A DNA stretch of 30,303 bases from an uncultured Candidatus Bathyarchaeia archaeon (GTDB lineage Archaea > Thermoproteota > Bathyarchaeia > Bathyarchaeales > Bathycorpusculaceae): assembly GCA_964450845.1 (NCBI GenBank), contig CAYVGZ010000006.1, positions 1 to 30,303 of the forward strand. Direction: 5' to 3'. Each line of letters begins with the position of its first letter. The stretch's first letter is position 1. The notes beneath the pieces were generated by a model. It saw nothing but the letters and a program-made list of their open reading frames with translations, ran no database searches and was not told the DNA's origin. The translations under genes were made by a program, and so were the position numbers. Positions 16,395 to 25,280 of the stretch are shown here, in pieces.

Positions 16395-17393
16395 ATGAAA
16401 CCAAAAATTGTCTTGGTTGGCGTTGGAAGATTTGGAAAAAATCATCTACGCGTATTGAAAGAGTTAGAAAAAGATGGACTGTGCACACTTTATGGAGTTG
16501 CAGATAAACAGGTTAAAATTTTAGAAAGCGTTAAAAGAGAGTATAATGTTGAAACGACCACGAACTTGAATGAATTTTTGAAAAGTGACATTGATGCCGT
16601 GGACATAGTAACTCCAGCAGATACTCATTTCGAAGTATGTCAAGAATGCTTGACAACGGGGAAACACGTTTTTGTAGAAAAACCTTTAGCCACAAACTAT
16701 GCTGAAGCAAAAAAACTTGTTCAATTCGCCACAGATAAAGACAGAATTTTGATGGCTGGACCCATTTATAGGTATAACCCAGCTGTAAACAAAATTAAAG
16801 AATTAACTGACCTAGGGGAACTAGGAAAAATTTACTACGTGTTTGGGCATTATATGGGCTTTAAAAATCCACGAGCAGAAGTTGGTGCATTGATAAACTT
16901 CGCAGTGCATCACATTGACATCTATGATTATTTACTTGAAGAAGTCCCAGAGGAAGTTACATGCAGTGTAGCCCACTTTTTAGGAAGAGAAAATTTTGAG
17001 GATCTAGCAGTCCTTGTTCTGAGATACAGAAATGGCACTGTTGGAATTATTGAAATCGGTTGGTTGCCGCCAGGTAACCACAGGAATTTAACAGTTATCG
17101 GAAGCAAAAAAAGTGTAACCTCTGACCTTTCAAAGCAGACGGTAATTCTCCATGATATTCACATGGAAAAAAATAATGGAACATTTAAAGCCATAGACAA
17201 AGGAGCATTGGATTTAAATGTGAAATTTGAGGAACCGCTTAAACTTGAGCTCAAAGATTTTATAGAATGCGTCAAAACCGGACGTAAACCGATAGCTCAA
17301 GGTGAAATAGCATCAAGAGTAGTGATGATTGCAGAGAAAGCGTTAGAATCTGCTCGTTTAAAAAGAAGTGTGAAAATTGATGAAGACAAATAA
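16395..17393 (+). CDS. Gfo/Idh/MocA oxidoreductase, WbpB/WlbA-like sugar 3-dehydrogenase candidate
   Basis: Rossmann motif VGVGRFGKNH, plus TPADTH, HVFVEKP, YRYNPAV and HHID. Confidence 0.9.
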   Translation: MKPKIVLVGVGRFGKNHLRVLKELEKDGLCTLYGVADKQVKILESVKREYNVETTTNLNEFLKSDIDAVDIVTPADTHFEVCQECLTTGKHVFVEKPLATNYAEAKKLVQFATDKDRILMAGPIYRYNPAVNKIKELTDLGELGKIYYVFGHYMGFKNPRAEVGALINFAVHHIDIYDYLLEEVPEEVTCSVAHFLGRENFEDLAVLVLRYRNGTVGIIEIGWLPPGNHRNLTVIGSKKSVTSDLSKQTVILHDIHMEKNNGTFKAIDKGALDLNVKFEEPLKLELKDFIECVKTGRKPIAQGEIASRVVMIAEKALESARLKRSVKIDEDK

Positions 17394-18063
17394 AAACGTG
17401 GTTATTTACGAGCCGATTGAAATTGGAAAGGATCCAATCGTTGAAGATTTTGTGATTTTAGGCAAACCACTTGTAGGAACTAAAACCAACAAAATGAAAT
17501 TGATCATAGGAGACTTTCCCGTCATCAGAGCTGGAACAATAATTTACACTGGAAACATTATTGGAAACAACTTTCAAACAGGTGATAACGCTAGAATAAG
17601 AGAGAAAAATCGAATAGGCAATTACGTCAGCGTAGGCTCAGGATCGATAATAGAACGGGAATGCGAGATAATGGATAACGTTAAGATTCACTCAGGTTGT
17701 TTTATACCAGAATACACGTCAATTAAAAACAACGCTTGGATCGGACCCGGTGTCATTATGACAAACGTGCTACATCCACCATGTCCAGCATTTAAAAAAT
17801 ACGCTCCAACTACTGGAAAAAAATGCTGCCACGGACCTATCGTGGATAAAAATGCTGTTGTTGGAGCAGGAGCTGTCATTTTGCCAGGCATAGTAATTGG
17901 CGAAAACTCTCTTGTTGGAGCTGGATCTGTTGTTGCCAAAGATGTGCCGCCTGATTATCTTGTTGGTGGTAATCCCGCTAGAGTTATTAAGAAGGTTAAA
18001 GAGGTTGAATGCCCGTTGGGATTTTATAAGCGAGGAGAGGTTTACTCATGGAGGAAAAAATGA
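17377..18063 (+). CDS. Hexapeptide-repeat acyltransferase, WbpD/WlbB-like N-acetyltransferase candidate
   Basis: Beta-helix repeats, WIGPGVIMTN, and VGAGSVVAKDVP...GGNPARVIK. Overlaps both neighbours. Confidence 0.9.
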   Translation: MMKTNKNVVIYEPIEIGKDPIVEDFVILGKPLVGTKTNKMKLIIGDFPVIRAGTIIYTGNIIGNNFQTGDNARIREKNRIGNYVSVGSGSIIERECEIMDNVKIHSGCFIPEYTSIKNNAWIGPGVIMTNVLHPPCPAFKKYAPTTGKKCCHGPIVDKNAVVGAGAVILPGIVIGENSLVGAGSVVAKDVPPDYLVGGNPARVIKKVKEVECPLGFYKRGEVYSWRKK

Positions 18064-19151
18064 ATATACCATTAGTGAAGGTTTACGTGGATGATGATGT
18101 AAAGAAGGCTGTTTTGGAAGTTTTAGATAGTGGATGGTTTATTCTGCATGAAAAGGTCCGCGAATTTGAAAGAAAATTTGCCAAATTTTGCAATGTAAAG
18201 AATGCCATTTGCGTCAGTTCTGGAACAGCTGGCATTTTCCTATCTTTACTAGCTTTAGATATAAAGCACGGAGATGAGGTTATAGTTCCGTCTTTCTCTT
18301 TTGTATCCACAGCCACTCCAGTTATAGAAGTTGGAGCTAAGCCCGTTTTTGTAGACGTAGAACCGAGAACATGTACAGTTGATCCTGAAAAAATAAGAGA
18401 AGCGGTGACAAAGCGAACTAAAGCCATAATGACAGTCCATCTATATGGGCATCCTGCCAACATGGAACCGATTTTAGAGATAGCAGAAGAGAATGACATT
18501 TATGTTATCGAAGACGCTTGTCAAGCACATGGTGCAGAATATAAGGGACGAAGAGTTGGCGGAATCGGGCATGTTGCATGCTTCAGTTTTTACCCATCGA
18601 AAAACATGACTGTTTGTGGCGACGGCGGCGCTGTTGTAACTAACAATGAAGAAATCGCAGAAGTGGTTAGGAAGCTGAGGGATCATGGGAGACGGGATAA
18701 ATACGTCTTCGAATTGAAGGGCTATAATTTAAGGTTTAATGAAATTCAAGCAGCTATTGGAATAAAGCAGTTGGAAAAGCTTCCTGAGTGGAATGAAGCC
18801 AGGCGAAATATCGCAGGGATGTATAACAAAGCTTTAGAGGGCTTAGTGACTACGCCTGTTGAGGAACCATGGGCTAAACATGTTTACCATGTATATGTGA
18901 TAAGAACCAAGAAACGTGATGAACTTAGAGAATTTTTAAGTCACCACGGAATATCTACTCTTGTGCATTACCCAGTTCCAATTCATATGCAACCGGCCAT
19001 AACCAGCGTTTTGGGTACTCAACAAGCATTAAAGAATACTGAGAAGGCTGCTAAGGAAGTACTTTCGATACCAATGTATCCGGCGTTAACTAAGCGTGAA
19101 GTCGAATATGTTTCAGATAAAATAGCGGAGTTTTTTGAAGGTTGTAAATGA
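18060..19151 (+). CDS. DegT/DnrJ/EryC1/StrS sugar aminotransferase, WbpE/WlbC-like
   Basis: Motifs VSSGTAG, VHLYGHP, IEDACQAHGA, FSFYPSKNM (PLP lysine) and GYNLR. Start placed at ATG 18060 after GGAGG; the track ORF begins at 18048. Confidence 0.95.
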   Translation: MNIPLVKVYVDDDVKKAVLEVLDSGWFILHEKVREFERKFAKFCNVKNAICVSSGTAGIFLSLLALDIKHGDEVIVPSFSFVSTATPVIEVGAKPVFVDVEPRTCTVDPEKIREAVTKRTKAIMTVHLYGHPANMEPILEIAEENDIYVIEDACQAHGAEYKGRRVGGIGHVACFSFYPSKNMTVCGDGGAVVTNNEEIAEVVRKLRDHGRRDKYVFELKGYNLRFNEIQAAIGIKQLEKLPEWNEARRNIAGMYNKALEGLVTTPVEEPWAKHVYHVYVIRTKKRDELREFLSHHGISTLVHYPVPIHMQPAITSVLGTQQALKNTEKAAKEVLSIPMYPALTKREVEYVSDKIAEFFEGCK

Positions 19152-20003
19152 CTATTTGCCCATCACTACTGATTTTAACACTGCCAAGTAGGATTCAGCT
19201 GTACCGATGTCTACTCTTCTCTCGGTAGGGCTTAGTTTTAAACCATAAACTTTGCAGTTCCATTCTACCAACATTTTAAGAGCATCTGCCAGTTGTATTT
19301 CTCCGTTTTCGTCGGGTTTTACCTTGCTGATCGCTTTGTATATTATTGGTTTGAAAATGTAAAGGGCAACTATGGCTAGGTTTGACGGAGGTCTCTTGGG
19401 TTTTTCAACAATGTTTGTGACCTGGAAGATGCTTGGCTTCATTTCTTTTCCAGTTATAACGCCATAATTTCTGGGATCAGGAACCTCTTCGACTAGGAAT
19501 AGAGTGTCTGCATCGTATTTTTCGAAAGTTTCAGTGGCCCTTTTTAAGTGGTTGTTGTTTTTGGACATGATTAGGTCGTCACCTGCTTGCATTAGAAATT
19601 TTTCGTTTCCAGTGAACAATGACGCCCGTGCAACTGCGTCTCCGAATCCTTTTGGCTTTGGTTGGTTTATGAAAACTATGTTTGAGTCGTTTATTTTATT
19701 GTAGAACTCTTGGAGCTCTTGTGCAAGGTCTTTTCTGTTTTTGTTTTTTAGATACCGTATGAAGTCTTCGTCTGGTAAGAAGTGGTCTTCTATTGCTCTT
19801 TTGCCTCTGCCTACGATGAAGGCAAACTCTCTGAAGCCTACGTCATATAGCTGTTCAAAAATTATTTGTAGCATGGGTTTTAGGCATGGTTGACCGTTTT
19901 TCATTAGTGCAACTATTGGAAGCATTTCTTTTGGGAGTTCTTTTGTTATTGGTAGCAGTCTCGTCCCGAGGCCTGCCGCTGGAATTACCGCTTTTTTAAG
20001 CAA
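19152..20003 (-). CDS. Sugar-phosphate nucleotidyltransferase, GalU-like
   Basis: Motifs KAVIPAAGLGTRLLPITKELPKEMLP, QPKPKGFGDAV, VEKP and GEIQLADAL. TTG start. Confidence 0.93.
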   Translation of the reverse strand: MLKKAVIPAAGLGTRLLPITKELPKEMLPIVALMKNGQPCLKPMLQIIFEQLYDVGFREFAFIVGRGKRAIEDHFLPDEDFIRYLKNKNRKDLAQELQEFYNKINDSNIVFINQPKPKGFGDAVARASLFTGNEKFLMQAGDDLIMSKNNNHLKRATETFEKYDADTLFLVEEVPDPRNYGVITGKEMKPSIFQVTNIVEKPKRPPSNLAIVALYIFKPIIYKAISKVKPDENGEIQLADALKMLVEWNCKVYGLKLSPTERRVDIGTAESYLAVLKSVVMGK

Positions 20004-20040
20004 GGTGAAACCTCATGTAGTTTTTGTTGGCGAGGTGAAA

Positions 20041-21399
20041 TTAACGTTGTGGTTTTAAGGGTTCGCCTAGGCCTATTGCTGTGTATCGCAGTTTTTTGGA
20101 GAATTCTTGTGGGGCGTATATTCTTCTGCCGTCTATCAAGATTAATTTTCGCATGTTCTGGATAAAGTCTTCTGGTTTCAGTTTTTTGAATTCTTCCCAT
20201 TCTGTAACCAGTATTGCACAGTCGGCGTTTTTTAGGCATTTCGTTGGTGAAGAGGCATATTTTATTTTTTCTTTGAAAACTTTTTTGATGTTTGGCATTG
20301 CCATTGGGTCGTAAGCGGTTATTTTTGCTCCTTCTCTTAGAAGTTGGTGTATTATTTTTGTTGATCGGGCTTCTCTGATGTCGTCTGTGTCTGGTTTGAA
20401 GCTTAATCCTAGGATAGCTATTGTTTTGCCTTTTAATGTTTTGAGTTCTTTTTTAGCTTTTTGTATTGTGAATTTTATTTGGTCTTCATTGGCTTTCCAT
20501 GTTGCTTCTATTAGTGTGGGGTTGTAGCCGAGTTTTTTGGAAAAGCTTATCAGGGCTTTTACGTCTTTGGGAAAGCAACTTCCTCCCCAGCCTAGGCCTG
20601 CGTTTAGGAAGTGGGGGTTTATTCTATGGTCTTTTCCTATGGCTTCTGCTATTTTTTTGATGTCTATGCCTGGTATCTTTTCGCATATGTTTGCTAGTGT
20701 GTTTATGAAGCTGATTTTTGTGGCTAGGAATGCGTTGTTTGCGTATTTTATGAGTTCTGCTGTTGGAATGTTTGTTTTGATTGTTGGTGGGGGGTTTTCT
20801 TTATGGAATTCTTTGTATAGGGTTTCGAGTGTTTCTGTGGATTTTTTGTTGTATCCGCCTATGACTATGTAGTCTGGGTTTAGCGTGTCGTAGATTGCGT
20901 TGCCTTCGCGTAGGAATTCTGGGTTAAAGCATAATTGGAATTGTTTGCCGCAGGTTTTTCCGCTTTGTTTTTCTATGTTTGCTTTGACGAGTTTTTCTGT
21001 TGTGCCTGGCGGGACTGTGCTTTTTACAACTACGAGGTGGTTGTCTTTTTTCTTTTTTAGTGCTTTTCCTATTTCCTTAGAGGTTTCTTCTATGAATTTG
21101 AGGTTGACGCTTCCGTCGGGGTTTGATGGGGTTCCAACTGTTATGAATGACGTGTCTGTTTCTAGAATGGCTTCTTTTCGTCCAATGACAGCGTTTAAGT
21201 TTTTGTTTTTTATGACTTTTTTGAGTAAAGCTTCAAGTTGGGGTTCGTAAAATGGGGGTTTTCCTTTGTTGATCATTTCTATTTTTTGGGGGTCGTTTGT
21301 TGAGATTGTGGTTTTGAATCCTTTGTTTGCGAAACATACGGCAGTGCAAAGACCAACATAGCCCATGCCGATGAAGGAGATTTTGTGCATGTATTCCAT
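20041..21399 (-). CDS. UDP-glucose/GDP-mannose dehydrogenase family protein
   Basis: Motifs IGMGYVGL, ITVGTP, VKSTVPPGT, FNPEFLREG, ELIKYANNAFLATKISF, GWGGSCFPKD (catalytic Cys) and GLSFKPDTDDIRE. Confidence 0.95.
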   Translation of the reverse strand: MEYMHKISFIGMGYVGLCTAVCFANKGFKTTISTNDPQKIEMINKGKPPFYEPQLEALLKKVIKNKNLNAVIGRKEAILETDTSFITVGTPSNPDGSVNLKFIEETSKEIGKALKKKKDNHLVVVKSTVPPGTTEKLVKANIEKQSGKTCGKQFQLCFNPEFLREGNAIYDTLNPDYIVIGGYNKKSTETLETLYKEFHKENPPPTIKTNIPTAELIKYANNAFLATKISFINTLANICEKIPGIDIKKIAEAIGKDHRINPHFLNAGLGWGGSCFPKDVKALISFSKKLGYNPTLIEATWKANEDQIKFTIQKAKKELKTLKGKTIAILGLSFKPDTDDIREARSTKIIHQLLREGAKITAYDPMAMPNIKKVFKEKIKYASSPTKCLKNADCAILVTEWEEFKKLKPEDFIQNMRKLILIDGRRIYAPQEFSKKLRYTAIGLGEPLKPQR

Positions 21400-21428
21400 C
21401 TTCTCTTAGGAAGATTTTGATTAAACAA

Positions 21429-21441
21429 ATATAAAGTTTTC
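21429..21441 (-). promoter_or_regulatory. BRE/TATA promoter of the dehydrogenase-nucleotidyltransferase unit
   Basis: Minus strand GAAAAC-TTTATAT, about 30 nt upstream of ATG 21399. Confidence 0.5.
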
Positions 21442-21465
21442 ATGAAACCTGTGGATTTTGTGTAC

Positions 21466-21520
21466 GCGTGCAACGGTGCTAGGCCCCTCTATTTGGAGCT
21501 AAATATGTTTTGTAAATTAG
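21466..21520. repeat. 55-bp dispersed intergenic repeat, copy 2
   Basis: GCGTGCAACGGTGCTAGGCCCCTCTATTTGGAGCTAAATATGTTTTGTAAATTAG, 49/55 identical to 6701-6755. Confidence 0.85.
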
Positions 21521-21858
21521 TTTGTTGACATGTTTGTGCTTCGGGAAGCGATGGCATTAATACTGAAAGCTTGATAGGTTTGTAGGGTCTAGAATGGTGA
21601 GATACTTGGAAGATGGGTAAATGTAGTGGTGTTTTTTGAAATAGTATCCGTTCATCTGTGCAGGGTCTTCGTCTAGCATGGGCTCAGATTCCAGCGAAGG
21701 CATCTCCCGCAGTCCTTTTTTTGGAAGGTGGCATTGTAACTTCTGCAAGAAGGCTCTTTAAGTTTTATTCAACCAACTTTGGATCATTCTCGTACGCAGA
21801 GGATACCACAAGATTTACTTGCATCGGATTTCTAGGGCCATATAACTGAGGCCTAGAT

Positions 21859-22941
21859 TTGGCTGTGAAAGTTGCGGTCGCACATTTAAGCAGAAACGAT
21901 GATCCTTTCAGAGAAGCCTTAAAACAGATGGGTACAATCGAAGACCTGAATTCTCCAAGCACATCTGTGGTCATCAAAGTCGGCGTCTTCAACCATCAAG
22001 CACAAAACCATACATCTGTTGAAGTTCTCAAGGCTATCATTGATAGCTTCACAAAAGCCCCAAAAATCTACATTGTAGAATCTGACAACTACATTGGAAA
22101 TGGCTTAGAACGTCTCCAGATTTGGAAGCAACTTTTCAACGAACGCGTTGTTCCCTTCAATTTGTCTGAAGATAGTGATTTGAAGAAGGTGAAGGTTGCT
22201 GATGAAGAGATAGGCTTATCTCATTTATTGTTTAAGCCCAATGTATTTGTGAGCACGCATATTCTACGTAAATATGAACGAGGAAGTATTCTGAAAAACT
22301 TGCTTGGTTTGATACCTGATCGAAAGAAGGCAAGATTTCATAGGAAACTGGAGAACGCTCTTCTTGACATGTACGAAGCTATTGGTGGAATAGACCTTGC
22401 CGTTTTGGATGGCACATATTTGCGCTATGGAACAAGCAGTAACCCGCATATTGGGCCAGACGGTGACAAATGCAAAACAGCAACAGACATAGTTTTGTTG
22501 GGCAGAGATTCCGTGGCTGTAGAAACTGTAGGTCTTGTTCTTGCAGGCCTGAACCCTGAGAGAACCCCAATCATACAAGAAGCAGTCAAGAGAAGACTTG
22601 GAATTGGAAACATGAAGGGCATCAGAATTGTCGGTGACTCTCTGGGAAGGTTAGAAGAAGAAGTAGCCCTTGGATTGCGAGCACTCAAGAAATCGCGACC
22701 CAAAGGTGCTCAAACATGGGGTGGACGAGCGAATCGAGCGTTCAGGGAATTGATGAGCGAGGGATATTTTGGGCTACCAAACAAGAGAACCATTGATGAT
22801 GTAATGAAGGCATTACAGGCTAAGGGACTGGAAACTATGGGCAAGAAAGACAAAATCATAGCCGCATTGATTAGAAGAGTGAAGAATAGAGCTTTGCAGT
22901 CATCCAAAAACCTAGACAAGCAACTCTTCTGGACAGAATAA
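21859..22941 (+). CDS. DUF362-domain protein with extra C-terminal helical (winged-helix-like) domain
   Basis: DUF362-like segments VVIKVG, AIIDSF...IYIVESD, LKNLLGLIP, DLAVLDG and LLGRDSVAVETVG. The ~80-aa basic tail is not part of the DUF362 core. Confidence 0.75.
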   Translation: MAVKVAVAHLSRNDDPFREALKQMGTIEDLNSPSTSVVIKVGVFNHQAQNHTSVEVLKAIIDSFTKAPKIYIVESDNYIGNGLERLQIWKQLFNERVVPFNLSEDSDLKKVKVADEEIGLSHLLFKPNVFVSTHILRKYERGSILKNLLGLIPDRKKARFHRKLENALLDMYEAIGGIDLAVLDGTYLRYGTSSNPHIGPDGDKCKTATDIVLLGRDSVAVETVGLVLAGLNPERTPIIQEAVKRRLGIGNMKGIRIVGDSLGRLEEEVALGLRALKKSRPKGAQTWGGRANRAFRELMSEGYFGLPNKRTIDDVMKALQAKGLETMGKKDKIIAALIRRVKNRALQSSKNLDKQLFWTE

Positions 22942-23020
22942 CGTTTCCACATTTCAAATCGAAGACATTATTGTCTAGTTGGGGTAGAGTTCTATTTTGG
23001 GTTTGGTTTGGGGTAAGGTT

Positions 23021-23515
23021 TTAGCATGTGCCGCTTTTCTGTTCTGTCAGCCAGTAAGCTCTTGTTTTGTTTTTCTTATCTGTGACATATTCCTTCTTGA
23101 AGATAGGCGCTTCTTTTTTGTATCTTTCCACAGCTTCCTCTAAAACTGGGAAAATATTTTTTCGATGATCACCTGCAACCAAAACATATACAAGGTCTTC
23201 GCCAACGCTAAATTCGCCGAGTAAATGGTGAATTTGAACCTCTAGTATGCCCTTCTTTTTCTTTAAGTCATCACAGATGCTGACTAAGATTTCGTTTGCC
23301 TTTTCTTCGTAAGCTTCTAACTCCAGTTTTTGAACTTTATCGCCTTCCAGAGTTTGTCCACGGACTAAGCCGATAAATATGGCAATTGCTCCTGCTTTTT
23401 GAAAATCTGTTTTGCTTTTCACGTTTTTTATCATGTCTGAAAGAGAGAATTTTCCTTTTTTAGTAACCCCTGCCTGTGTTGTCACAGTGATTCCCCTGAG
23501 AATCAATTGCTTCAT
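23021..23515 (-). CDS. moaE: Molybdopterin synthase catalytic subunit
   Basis: Motifs GAIAIFIGLVR, LELEAYEE, IHHLLGEFSVGE, VAGDHR and YKKEAPIFKKE. The start may be the internal GTG. Confidence 0.92.
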   Translation of the reverse strand: MKQLILRGITVTTQAGVTKKGKFSLSDMIKNVKSKTDFQKAGAIAIFIGLVRGQTLEGDKVQKLELEAYEEKANEILVSICDDLKKKKGILEVQIHHLLGEFSVGEDLVYVLVAGDHRKNIFPVLEEAVERYKKEAPIFKKEYVTDKKNKTRAYWLTEQKSGTC

Positions 23516-23564
23516 GAATTCTATAAATGTTAGCGTTTCTGCTGCAAAAGAGTGCCATGTTGAC

Positions 23565-25271
23565 TTATGACTTCTTTATCAACTTCTCGCTTAGGGTGTT
23601 AAGAAATTTATGGTATTTGCCTATTTTTTCGTGGGCCTGTTGCATCGTTATTTTGGAAAACTCGATAATATCGTTTGTTTTGGCTTGTCCAAGTGTGGAA
23701 ACATCAGGAGTTATTATTACGGCGATTTTTGGGTAACCACCTGCTGTCTGAGCGTCCCGCATTATCATTATTGGTTTTCCATTTTTTGGAATTTGAACGG
23801 CACCTGGTAATAGGGCGTCTGAAATAATATCCGCCTTTGCTTTATGCTCTATCGTTGGGCCTTCCAGCCGGTATCCCATTCGATCTGCCTCTAATGTAAC
23901 CTTATATTGGCTTGAGAGAAAAGTGGTTATTCCCTCTTCTGTGAACATGTCAGCTTGTGGTCCCAGTGTCACATGTGCTTTAAACTGCCCTGTGAATTGT
24001 GGCACTAGTTCTTCTGGCATTAAGTATTCAAATTTGAGAAGAGAGACATTGAATCCTCCAATTATATCTTCAGTTTTCAGTTGTCTGCCGTTTATTCCTC
24101 CAAATCCCCCGCGCACGTATGTTGATCTGCTTCCAAGTACTGGCGGAGTATCTACTCCTCCTCTTATTGCGAGGTATGCTCGGCATCCACTTTCCATTTT
24201 TCCAAAAGAGACTACAGCGCCTTCTTGTACTTCTAATGTTTGCCACATAGGGACATGTTGATCATTAATTTTTGGGGAAGTGGCTCCTCCAGTTATGGCT
24301 ATCTGTGTTTTTGTCAAGGCTTGGAGTTCTGGACCGATTAGGGTTGTTTCTAGACATGCGTCATCTGGATTGTTTGCAACTAAGAGGTTTGCTGCAACTA
24401 GGGAGAATGTGTCCATTGTACCAGAAATTGGGACTCCATATTTGAGATAGCCATATCTCCCTAGGTCTTGGACGGTCGTGAAAAACCCGGGTTTTAGCAC
24501 TTGAAAAACTTTTATTCCCTTTTTCTTCTTCGGAAAGTGGCTTGCAGGTTGCTTTTGAGTGGTCTTTTCAGAGATGCCAAACTCTTTTTCTGAGATTGGT
24601 TTAAATTTGACAATGTCTCCGAGTTGCAGAAGTGCTGGTGGTTGCTGCAGCGGATTAAACAATCTTAATGGCGTTCTGCCTATTATTCGCCATCCGCCAG
24701 GTGCTTCACACGGATATATGCCCGTCTGTTTTTCCGCTATGCCGACCGAGCCTGCTGGCACTTTCAGTCTCGGAGTTTCAAGCCTTGGCGTTGCGATTTC
24801 GTCCGAGACCTCTCCTAGGTAAGGAAAGCCAGCAACAAATCCTACCATGTAAACCCTATATTCTCTGCCAGAATGTATCTTAACAACCTGCTCTTCAGTT
24901 GACCCGTGAAATCTGGCAACATCAGCGAGGTCTGGTCCATACTCTCCTCCATAAACAACTGGAATGATTGTTTTTCTGCCAACTTTTTCCTTTTTTCGCT
25001 CTTCCATCGTTTTTTCAACATCTTTTATGCTGAAAACGAGGTGTTCATAGCTTGTTTTTGAAGCGTTATATCTGACAAGTAATGAGCGATAGGTCGGAAC
25101 GAGTTCTTCGACTCCTCGAATTTTAGCGCCTATAATTGCTTCGCTTAAAGCGATAACTTTGCGGTTCACTTTCAAATTTATTACATTTCCAAATTCGATT
25201 AGCAGACCGTTGTCGCCGAAAGGCATGTATCGCGCGGCTGTATAGATTCCTGTGCTCATAATGTACTCCAT
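23565..25271 (-). CDS. pxpBC: 5-oxoprolinase subunits B and C fused (allophanate hydrolase subunit 1+2 family)
   Basis: N-half: ELVPTYRSLLV, IPVVYGGEYGPDL, GFVAGFPYLG, VPAGSVGIA, PGGWRIIGRTP. C-half: TTVQDLGRYG, GSRSTY, DRMGYRLEG, DAQTAGGYPKI. Confidence 0.93.
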   Translation of the reverse strand: MEYIMSTGIYTAARYMPFGDNGLLIEFGNVINLKVNRKVIALSEAIIGAKIRGVEELVPTYRSLLVRYNASKTSYEHLVFSIKDVEKTMEERKKEKVGRKTIIPVVYGGEYGPDLADVARFHGSTEEQVVKIHSGREYRVYMVGFVAGFPYLGEVSDEIATPRLETPRLKVPAGSVGIAEKQTGIYPCEAPGGWRIIGRTPLRLFNPLQQPPALLQLGDIVKFKPISEKEFGISEKTTQKQPASHFPKKKKGIKVFQVLKPGFFTTVQDLGRYGYLKYGVPISGTMDTFSLVAANLLVANNPDDACLETTLIGPELQALTKTQIAITGGATSPKINDQHVPMWQTLEVQEGAVVSFGKMESGCRAYLAIRGGVDTPPVLGSRSTYVRGGFGGINGRQLKTEDIIGGFNVSLLKFEYLMPEELVPQFTGQFKAHVTLGPQADMFTEEGITTFLSSQYKVTLEADRMGYRLEGPTIEHKAKADIISDALLPGAVQIPKNGKPIMIMRDAQTAGGYPKIAVIITPDVSTLGQAKTNDIIEFSKITMQQAHEKIGKYHKFLNTLSEKLIKKS

Positions 25272-25280
25272 AAAAATCGT

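Noticed and set aside
6701-21520. CRISPR array
   Set aside because: Only two copies 14.8 kb apart, no regular repeat-spacer periodicity and no cas genes.
21466-21531. Integron attC interpretation of the 55-bp repeat (CAAC...GTTG ends)
   Set aside because: The arms lack the extended imperfect palindrome of attC sites, there is no cassette array, and no integrase is present.
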